Of a DNA stretch of 64,000 bases, positions 57,183-64,000 are shown in pieces (within the stretch, counting starts at the first letter, position 1; every line of letters begins with the position of its first letter). The notes beneath the pieces were generated by a model, which did no database searches, was not told where the DNA came from, and was given only the letters and a program-made list of their open reading frames with translations. The stretch spans positions 984,019-1,048,018 of the forward strand of contig CBDARA010000002.1 of assembly GCA_965199345.1 (NCBI GenBank), written 5' to 3'. This stretch comes from Acetobacteraceae bacterium. Its GTDB lineage: Bacteria > Pseudomonadota > Alphaproteobacteria > Acetobacterales > Acetobacteraceae. The translations under genes were made by a program, and so were the position numbers.

Positions 57183-58598
57183 TCAGACAATCTGGCCACG
57201 ACCCTCCGGGAGTTTGCCTTCGATCGCCGTCGCCAACGCCGACACCGCGGTTTCCAATTGCGCGCGACTGGACGCGGCGCCGAGCGCGAGGCGAACCGCG
57301 TTTGCCGTCTCGCGGCCGACGCGGAAGACGTCGTCGGCGACGAGTGCGAGACCGTGGTGCCGCACGACGTCGACGAAATCGGCCGCTTTCCAGATCGACG
57401 GCAGACGCAGCCAGACATGCAGCCCTTCGGGATGAGCGACGATGTCGTAGCGGGAGAGTGCGGCCGCGGCGATCGACTGGCGCGTGGTCGCTTCCTTGCG
57501 GATCGCGTCGAGCAACAGTCCCGCGTCACCCGAGCGGATCAGGGTGGTCGCGAGCCCGGTGAGCAGACCCGATCCCATCTGCACGCTGCCGCGAACGGCA
57601 GCGGTGAAGCGCTCTCGCTCGGTCTTGCTCGGGCTCACGAGATAGGCGACACGCAGGCCCGGCGTCAGTGCCTTGGCGGTGGTCGCCAGATAGAAGACGA
57701 GCTCGGGCGCGAACGAGGCGAGTGCGGGATACGGATCGCTCGGCAACAGACCGTAGGCGTCGTCTTCGAGAATGGGTGTGCCGTAGACGCGGGCGACGGC
57801 GACGATGTCGCGGCGACGCGCGAGCGACATGGTCGCCGTGGTCGGGTTCTGTATCGTCGGATTGCAGTAGATCAGCCGCGGGCGCAACTCGCGGCACATG
57901 CGATCGAGTTCGTCGGGAACGAAGCCTTCGTCGTCGATCGGCACGCCCGCGAGCGTCACGTCGAACTGGGCGGCAAGAGCCCGTATTCCCGGGTAGGTGA
58001 CGCTTTCGGTGAGCACGACGTCGCCGGGCCGCGTGAGGCTCGAGACCACTGCCAGCATGCCGCTCTGCGCGCCGGGGCAGACCAGGATCCGCTGCGGATC
58101 GATGCGATCGAGACACGGCCTGAGCCAGGCGGCGCCTGCGGTGCGGTCCTCCGCGCTGCCGGTGTCCCAGTGATAGGTCATCATCGCCGCCAGGTCCTGC
58201 CGGCGCAGCACGCGATCGAGCCCTTCGCGCAGGATGGTCCGAAGGCTCGGGTCTTCCGGCACGGGCGGCAAATTCATCGACAGGTCGACGATCGGTCCGT
58301 GCCGGCGACGCGATTGCAGCAGCGGCGCCTCGGCGCGGATGAAGGTGCCGCGACCGACATGGCTCTCGATCAGGCCCTGTCGCTGGGCTTCGGCATAGGC
58401 GCGCGTCGCCGTGGTGACGTCGATCGAGAGCAGCCTGGCCAACAGCCGATGCGGCGGCAGGCGATCGCCGGCGAGAAGATCGCCGTCACGCACGGCATCG
58501 GCGATCGCGGTCGCGATGCCCTGATAAAGCGGTCCCGTACGGCCCTCGAGAGCCGGCAGCCACCATTCGCAGGTCGTTTCGGCCGTTGATCTCGCCAA
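57183..58598 (-). CDS. MocR/GntR-family PLP-dependent transcriptional regulator
   Basis: 471 aa. N-terminal wHTH ([41 protein letters not shown]) fused to a class I aminotransferase-like domain ([23 protein letters not shown]). Confidence 0.88.
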   Translation of the reverse strand: MARSTAETTCEWWLPALEGRTGPLYQGIATAIADAVRDGDLLAGDRLPPHRLLARLLSIDVTTATRAYAEAQRQGLIESHVGRGTFIRAEAPLLQSRRRHGPIVDLSMNLPPVPEDPSLRTILREGLDRVLRRQDLAAMMTYHWDTGSAEDRTAGAAWLRPCLDRIDPQRILVCPGAQSGMLAVVSSLTRPGDVVLTESVTYPGIRALAAQFDVTLAGVPIDDEGFVPDELDRMCRELRPRLIYCNPTIQNPTTATMSLARRRDIVAVARVYGTPILEDDAYGLLPSDPYPALASFAPELVFYLATTAKALTPGLRVAYLVSPSKTERERFTAAVRGSVQMGSGLLTGLATTLIRSGDAGLLLDAIRKEATTRQSIAAAALSRYDIVAHPEGLHVWLRLPSIWKAADFVDVVRHHGLALVADDVFRVGRETANAVRLALGAASSRAQLETAVSALATAIEGKLPEGRGQIV

Positions 58599-58759
58599 GG
58601 TCGGAGAGTCCGCAATCGATTGTCTGGGCTTTGAATGTCACAGCGTCCAGCAAAGCTCATGCCGCGGCGTCCGACGGGATTGTCAGACCACACGGCGTGC
58701 GGAACATTCCGATCAGAACACAGCGCCAGCGTGCGGGGCCCCTGCCGGAGACCCTTCTC

Positions 58760-59932
58760 GTGAAAAAATGTTTCGGTATCATCGCCTTCGCGTCTGCCCT
58801 GTCGGGTGCGGGTGCTGCGCTCGCGCAGCAGCCCGCACGGCCGGCCTCGGGATCGTTCATGGACGGCTTCTCGGGCGGGACGCCGTATGTCGGCCTCGCC
58901 GGCGGCTACTCGATCCTGCAGAATATTGCCGTCAATCCGCAGGATGGACCGCTCGGTCCGGGGCCGGCGACGGAACGCTGGACCGACGGCTTCATCAGCG
59001 CCGCCGCGGTCGGTTGGGCGTTCACCAACGGCTTCCAGGTCGACGTTCTCGGCGCTTACGACTACAACAACGTCAACAACATCGTAAAGCTGCCGGTGCC
59101 GTCGGTGCAGACGGGACATCAGGACAGCTATGGCGCCTTCCTCGAAGAACTCTACGCGTTCAAGCTGCCGAACTTCGGGATGAATATCACGGCGTTCAGT
59201 CCCTACATCGGCGTCGGCGAAGGCGCGCTCTGGACCCACGTCAACCTACCGGTCATGCTCTCGAACGGTGATCTGCATCACATCGGCGGCACATCGGGCG
59301 CCAATTTCGCCTACGAGGGCATCGTCGGGGCGGCCTTCCCGATCGCGGCGATCCCGGGTCTCGCGTTCACCGCGGACTACCGCATCGTCGGCATCCACGA
59401 CCCCGGCGACCTGAACAGCGTCTTCTACAACCGCGTCGCGGGCGCCATCGTCAAAGGACCGATCGGCCTGCAGAAAGACGATTTCGTGCATCTGTTCACG
59501 GTCGGCGTCGCCTACGCGTTCAACGCCGCGCCGCCGCCGCCGCCGTCGGCCCCCGCGCCGGTCGTGGCGCCCGCGCCGGCGCCCGCCCGCACCTATCTCG
59601 TGTTCTTCGACTGGGACAAGTCGTACCTGACGCCACGCGCGCGCCAGATCGTCGCCGAGGCCGCCCAGAACTCGACCCGCGTGCAGACCACGCAGATCGA
59701 GGTCAACGGCTACGCCGACACCTCGCACGCGCTCCCCGGCCGTCGCGGCCAGGAGTACAACCTCCGCCTCTCGATCCGACGCGCCGACAGCGTCCGGGCC
59801 GAGCTCGTGCGGGACGGCGTGCCGACCGGCGCGATCGACGTGCACGGCTACGGCGACACGCACCTCCTCGTGCCCACCGGCCCGAACGTGCGCGAGCCGC
59901 AGAACCGCCGCGTCGAGATCATCCTGCACTGA
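58760..59932 (+). CDS. OmpA-family outer membrane protein (beta-barrel, Pro-rich hinge, OmpA_C)
   Basis: From GTG 58760 (VKKCFGIIAFASALSGAGAALAQQ signal). Hinge APPPPPSAPAPVVAPAPAP. C-terminus VNGYADTS...NLRLSIRRADSV...NRRVEIIL. Confidence 0.82.
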   Translation: MKKCFGIIAFASALSGAGAALAQQPARPASGSFMDGFSGGTPYVGLAGGYSILQNIAVNPQDGPLGPGPATERWTDGFISAAAVGWAFTNGFQVDVLGAYDYNNVNNIVKLPVPSVQTGHQDSYGAFLEELYAFKLPNFGMNITAFSPYIGVGEGALWTHVNLPVMLSNGDLHHIGGTSGANFAYEGIVGAAFPIAAIPGLAFTADYRIVGIHDPGDLNSVFYNRVAGAIVKGPIGLQKDDFVHLFTVGVAYAFNAAPPPPPSAPAPVVAPAPAPARTYLVFFDWDKSYLTPRARQIVAEAAQNSTRVQTTQIEVNGYADTSHALPGRRGQEYNLRLSIRRADSVRAELVRDGVPTGAIDVHGYGDTHLLVPTGPNVREPQNRRVEIILH

Positions 59933-59998
59933 TCTCGACGCGTTCCTGCGTGCCCGGATCGCGTCGCGGACCCCCCGCGCGTCGGTCCGGGCGCCGCG

Positions 59999-60874
59999 TC
60001 AGCGCGCCTGCCACCGCCCTGCCAGCCCGGACGCGAGCTTGCTGCCGGCGGCGCTGGCGACATCGATCAGTCCGCGTCTGAGGAACAGGTCGATCAGCAC
60101 CAGGTTGACGTTGAACTTGAACGCCTCCCCGTCGCGCACGGCGACGAACACGCGCGGCAGTGGCCACAGCTCGAAGGCCTCGACCTCGCCGTCGCGGGCC
60201 TCCGGACGCCAGGCCTCCGGCAGCACGACGTCGAAGCACCGCAGCGTGTCGCGCCGCAGGCCTTCGGGGCGGTCCATGGCATAGCGGATGGTCGCGACCT
60301 CGTCGGCGCCGGCGAGCAGGTCGGCGTCCAGGCCGCATTCCTCCTCGGCCTCCTTGGCGAGCGTCTCGCGCGGTCCGAGCCCGGCCGGCACGCCGCCTGC
60401 GGCCAGATGGTCGAGCTTGCCCGGGTCGAGCAGCTTGTCGGCGGCGCGGCGCGCGACCCAGAGGAAGGTGCCGTCGTGGCGTTCCACCAGGCCGTTGAGG
60501 TGGACGCCGGTGGCCGTGATGCCGAACTCGGGCAGCGCGCCGCGGTCGAGCGTCGCGATGACGCTGCCGGTGTCGTCGCGACGCACGTCGAAATCCTCCG
60601 ATCGCCAGCGGATCCGTCCCGCTTCGGCGAGACGCCGCGCGGCGGCCTCGAGCGCGGCGGCCTCGATCCGGACCGAGGCGGCGTCCGGGCCGGGGCCGAA
60701 CAGGTCGGCCACCAGCGGGTCCGACGGGAACTGCGGCGGCACGAAGCCGATCGGCGCGTCTCCAAGGAGGAGGCGGAGGCGGCCGCCGGGCAGGATCGCG
60801 CTGTTGCAATGATCGAGGTGACGGCCGAAGCCGAGGAGCTGTTCGTCGTCCACGAGGAGGTCGCTCCTTTGCAA
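59999..60874 (-). CDS. NUDIX hydrolase domain protein
   Basis: Nudix box GGVPAGLGPRETLAKEAEEECGL. Start uncertain: TTG 60874, or GTG 60853, which lies 10 nt after AAGGAG. Confidence 0.78.
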   Translation of the reverse strand: MQRSDLLVDDEQLLGFGRHLDHCNSAILPGGRLRLLLGDAPIGFVPPQFPSDPLVADLFGPGPDAASVRIEAAALEAAARRLAEAGRIRWRSEDFDVRRDDTGSVIATLDRGALPEFGITATGVHLNGLVERHDGTFLWVARRAADKLLDPGKLDHLAAGGVPAGLGPRETLAKEAEEECGLDADLLAGADEVATIRYAMDRPEGLRRDTLRCFDVVLPEAWRPEARDGEVEAFELWPLPRVFVAVRDGEAFKFNVNLVLIDLFLRRGLIDVASAAGSKLASGLAGRWQAR

Positions 60875-60893
60875 GCACGCGCGCTAGGGCCAA

Positions 60894-62771
60894 ATGCGCC
60901 GCATGCGCAGGGATGGTAGGGGGCACGAGCCTCGAACGGGCTATGCGACCGGCGGCCGGGCGATCCCTGCGTCGGCCGGCGCGGCGCTGCGGCATCTGCT
61001 GCCGTATCTGTGGCCGCGAGGCGATTGGGGCACGCGGTCCCGTGTCGTCCTCGCGATGGTCTTCCTGCTCTCGGCGAAGCTCGCGACCGTCATCGTGCCG
61101 CTGGTCTACTCCCGCGCGGTCGACCGGTTGTCGCACCATCACGGCGTCGGCGGCGTGCTCGCGGTGCCGATCGGGCTGATCGTCGCCTATGGCGGGCTCC
61201 GGATCGCGTCCGGCGCCTTCGGCGAGCTGCGCGACGCTGTGTTCGCGCGGGTCAAGCAGCGGATCATCCGGCGCGTGTCGGTCGAGACGTTCCGCCACCT
61301 GCACGCGCTGTCGCTGCGTTTCCACCTCGATCGCCAGACGGGCGGCATCAGCCGCGCGATCGAGCGCGGCCAGGTGGCGATCGAGGCGACGCTGCGGCTC
61401 GGCGTGTTCAACATCGTGCCGACGCTGGTCGAAGCGCTGCTCGTCACCGGTTTCATCTGGTTCAACACCGATTGGCGGTTCGCCGCGGTCTCGCTCGGCG
61501 CGGTCGCCTCCTATGTCGGTTTCACGGTCGGCTTCACGACGTGGCGGATGAAGATCCGGCGCGCGATGAACGAGGTCGACAGCGAGGCGAGCTCGAAGGC
61601 GATCGACAGCCTGCTGAACTACGAGACGGTCAAGTATTTCGGCAACGAGCTGCACGAGGAGCGCCGGTTCGACGACGCCCAGGCGCGTTACGAGCGCGCC
61701 GCCGTGCGGACGCAGGTGTCGCTGAACGCGCTCAACATCGGACAGGCGGTGATTATCTCGCTGGCTCTCGCCGTCGTCATGCTGATGGCCGCCGACGGCG
61801 TGGTCGCAGGCCGGCTGAGCGTCGGCAAGTTCGTGCTCGTCAACACCTATTTGATGCAGCTCTACCTGCCGCTCAACTTCCTCGGCTTCGTCTACGCGAC
61901 GCTGCGCCAGAGCGTGGTCGACATGGAGCAGATGTTCCGGCTGCTCACGGAACATCGCGAGATCGAGGACCGGCCGGCCGCGCGCACGCTCTCGCCGAGC
62001 CTGAGTTCGGCGCCGCCGGCGGCGCTCCGTTTCGAGAACGTCCGCTTCGGTTACCGGCCGGACCGCGAGATCCTGAAGGACGTGTCGTTCGCCGTGCCGC
62101 CAGGCGGCAAGGTCGCGATCGTCGGCCCGACCGGCGCCGGCAAGTCGACGATCAGCCGGCTGCTGTTCCGCTTCTACGATGTGTCCGAAGGCGCGGTCGA
62201 GGTGGACGGGCTCGATGTCCGGGACTGCGTGCAGGCGAGCCTGCGGGCGGCGATCGGGGTCGTGCCGCAGGATACCGTGCTGTTCAACGACACCATACGG
62301 TACAACATCGCCTACGGGCGGATCGGGGCGTCGCAGGACGAGATCGAGGCTGCGGCGCGGCTCGCGCAGGTCCACGACTTCGTGGTCACTTTGCCGGACG
62401 GCTACGACACGCGGGTGGGCGAGCGCGGGCTGAAGCTTTCGGGCGGCGAGAAGCAGCGCGTCGCGATCGCGCGGACGATCCTGAAGGATCCGCGCATCCT
62501 GGTGCTCGACGAGGCCACCAGCGCGCTCGACACCGCGACCGAGCGCGAGATCGCGGCGGCGCTCGCGGCGGTTTCGGCGCGGCGGACGACGCTGGTGATC
62601 GCGCACCGCCTGTCGACGGTCGTCGATGCCGACGAGATCATCGTCCTCGACGGCGGACAGATCGTCGAGCGCGGTTCGCATGCCTCGTTGCTGGCCGCCG
62701 ACGGCCTGTATGCGGGAATGTGGCGGATCCAGGCCGAGGCCGCCCAGATCGGCGACAGCGTGCTGGCCTGA
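60894..62771 (+). CDS. Atm1/HMT1-type ABC exporter (fused TMD-NBD)
   Basis: 625 aa. Motifs LLPYLWP..., YETVKYFGNE, GPTGAGKSTISRLLFRFYD, LSGGEKQRVAIART, LVLDEATSALD. Confidence 0.88.
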   Translation: MRRMRRDGRGHEPRTGYATGGRAIPASAGAALRHLLPYLWPRGDWGTRSRVVLAMVFLLSAKLATVIVPLVYSRAVDRLSHHHGVGGVLAVPIGLIVAYGGLRIASGAFGELRDAVFARVKQRIIRRVSVETFRHLHALSLRFHLDRQTGGISRAIERGQVAIEATLRLGVFNIVPTLVEALLVTGFIWFNTDWRFAAVSLGAVASYVGFTVGFTTWRMKIRRAMNEVDSEASSKAIDSLLNYETVKYFGNELHEERRFDDAQARYERAAVRTQVSLNALNIGQAVIISLALAVVMLMAADGVVAGRLSVGKFVLVNTYLMQLYLPLNFLGFVYATLRQSVVDMEQMFRLLTEHREIEDRPAARTLSPSLSSAPPAALRFENVRFGYRPDREILKDVSFAVPPGGKVAIVGPTGAGKSTISRLLFRFYDVSEGAVEVDGLDVRDCVQASLRAAIGVVPQDTVLFNDTIRYNIAYGRIGASQDEIEAAARLAQVHDFVVTLPDGYDTRVGERGLKLSGGEKQRVAIARTILKDPRILVLDEATSALDTATEREIAAALAAVSARRTTLVIAHRLSTVVDADEIIVLDGGQIVERGSHASLLAADGLYAGMWRIQAEAAQIGDSVLA

Positions 62772-62865
62772 GGCAGGCCACCCGAGGGAGCCTCGAGCCG
62801 GGCCGCGGGGATTGGATCGTCCGTCCTCGCGCCCATGTTTCGTTGATGGAAACCGGGATTGACAC

Positions 62866-63150
62866 ATGATCGGGGCTGGACGGGCGGGGCAGGTGTCGAG
62901 CGAGACGGAGGCCTTGCCGCAGGAACTCGAACAGGCCGGCAAGATGGTCGATCAGCTGATCCGTCACCTGATGGACAAGGATCTGCCGCCGCTCGCGATC
63001 GCCTCCGCGCTGCTCGGCGGCTCGATGGGCCTGCTCAGCCGGACGCTCGGCAAGCGTGCACTGCTCGGCGTGCTCGGCCAGGCGACCGACGCGGTGCGGT
63101 CCGGACAGTTCGAGGATCTGTCGGACGAGGAACCAGCGTCGCGCGCGTGA
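62866..63150 (+). CDS. hypothetical small protein
   Basis: 94-aa ORF with protein-like composition and acidic ends. No family recognised. Alternative start ATG 62944. Confidence 0.4.
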   Translation: MIGAGRAGQVSSETEALPQELEQAGKMVDQLIRHLMDKDLPPLAIASALLGGSMGLLSRTLGKRALLGVLGQATDAVRSGQFEDLSDEEPASRA

Positions 63151-63240
63151 CGCGACGGACCGGCCCGCGCCCGACCTTGACGAGGCGGCGGCGGAGCCCG
63201 CATAAGCCGTTTTTCTTCGCGCTCTCCCGGGGTATAGACA

Positions 63241-63546
63241 ATGTCACGCCGCTGCCAGATCACGGGCAAGGGTGTGCTGACCGGCAACAATGTCAGCCAC
63301 GCCAACAACAAGTCCCGTCGCCGTTTCCTGCCCAACCTGCAGGAGGCGTCTCTGGTCTCGGATGCGCTCGGCGGTCAGGTGCCGCTGCGTCTGACCACCA
63401 ACGCGCTCCGGACGATCGAGCACAATGGCGGACTTGACGCCTACCTGCTCGGCATGTCGAACCTCAAGCTCCCGGTCGAGGCGCGTGCGCTCAAGCGCCG
63501 CATCGAGAAGGCTCGGGCACGCAAGGCCGCCACCGCCGCAGCCTGA
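63241..63546 (+). CDS. rpmB: 50S ribosomal protein L28
   Basis: [34 protein letters not shown]... is a canonical L28 N-terminus. Confidence 0.95.
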   Translation: MSRRCQITGKGVLTGNNVSHANNKSRRRFLPNLQEASLVSDALGGQVPLRLTTNALRTIEHNGGLDAYLLGMSNLKLPVEARALKRRIEKARARKAATAAA

Positions 63547-63736
63547 GCGGCGGCTCGCGATCCGCTTGCAATCCGGCGTCGCCTCACGCATGTGAGGCCC
63601 GACGTCGAAATCGTTGATCTCTCGTCCGGTGGGTTGCCGGCGCGCCTCGTCCTCGAACCATCCGGGCGTTGACCCTTGATGTGAGGCAGGAGGCGCGCTC
63701 CTCGGCGTTCGCCGGTCCGCCCCTGGAGGATTACCC

Positions 63737-64000
63737 GTGTCCGGCCACTCCGAACTCTCGAAGATCCGCAACATCGGTATCACCGCGCATATCGATGCGG
63801 GCAAGACCACGACGACCGAGCGGATCCTGTTCTACACCGGCGTGTCGCACAAGATCGGCGAGGTGCACGACGGCAACACCACGACGGACTACATGGAGCA
63901 GGAGCGCGAGCGCGGCATCACGATCACCTCGGCCGCGGTCACGTGCGAGTGGAAGGACCACCGCATCAACATCATCGACACGCCCGGCCATATCGATTTC
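63737..64000 (+). CDS. fusA: elongation factor G family GTPase (5' fragment; runs off the window)
   Basis: GTG 63737 follows GGAGGA. Motifs [26 protein letters not shown] and [11 protein letters not shown]. Confidence 0.88.
   Translation, partial: MSGHSELSKIRNIGITAHIDAGKTTTTERILFYTGVSHKIGEVHDGNTTTDYMEQERERGITITSAAVTCEWKDHRINIIDTPGHIDF

Noticed and set aside
59919-62942. 1007-aa minus-strand ORF covering the NUDIX and Atm1 region.
   Set aside because: Junk composition. It overlaps the clearly real Atm1-type exporter on the opposite strand and the NUDIX gene in another frame.

Overview
This is a chromosomal segment of about 70% GC from an alphaproteobacterium. The taxon call rests on a PhyR/NepR/EcfG general-stress-response locus, an RpoH gene and alphaproteobacterial-type SerC and HisZ. 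Coding density is high. Most long ORFs in the six-frame track are Arg/Pro/Gly-rich antisense or off-frame artefacts of the GC content. I call about 57 CDSs and 5 tRNAs.

Gene content in order:
- uup-like ABC-F ATPase.
- GlgE-pathway/trehalose operon on the minus strand: glgE, treS-pep2, glgB, malQ, otsA.
- Stress-response locus: phyR, two ECF sigma genes, nepR, HisKA_2 kinase.
- cydDC, recQ, gpx.
- Small redox genes, tRNA-Arg and tRNA-Pro, murQ, gpt, csaA.
- tRNA-Asn split by a group I intron.
- Sulfur assimilation: SBP, cysH, cysD, cysNC.
- tRNA-Leu, serC, hisZ, purA.
- A kinase-like protein with a coupled membrane protein.
- rpoH, rluD, tRNA-Glu.
- Three oxidoreductase genes.
- The eight-gene Nit1C-type nitrilase/radical-SAM cassette with a MocR regulator.
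- An OmpA porin, a NUDIX protein, an Atm1-type ABC exporter, rpmB and the 5' end of an EF-G gene.

No IS elements, prophage genes, CRISPR arrays or recognisable defence systems were seen.

Most notable observations:
1. A 284-nt IC3-like group I intron lies in tRNA-Asn(GUU).
2. A complete Nit1C cassette is present; its chemistry is still undefined.
3. The stress-response locus is atypical, with tandem EcfG paralogues and nepR downstream of them.
4. A phased 24-bp repeat array carries an in-frame stop in each of its first five units at the end of the kinase gene.
5. A predicted membrane-anchored pseudokinase is present.
6. A perfect 38-bp tandem duplication spans a start/stop gene junction.
7. 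recQ has its conserved N-terminus upstream of any ATG, GTG or TTG codon.

All homology statements come from reading the translations, not from database searches.
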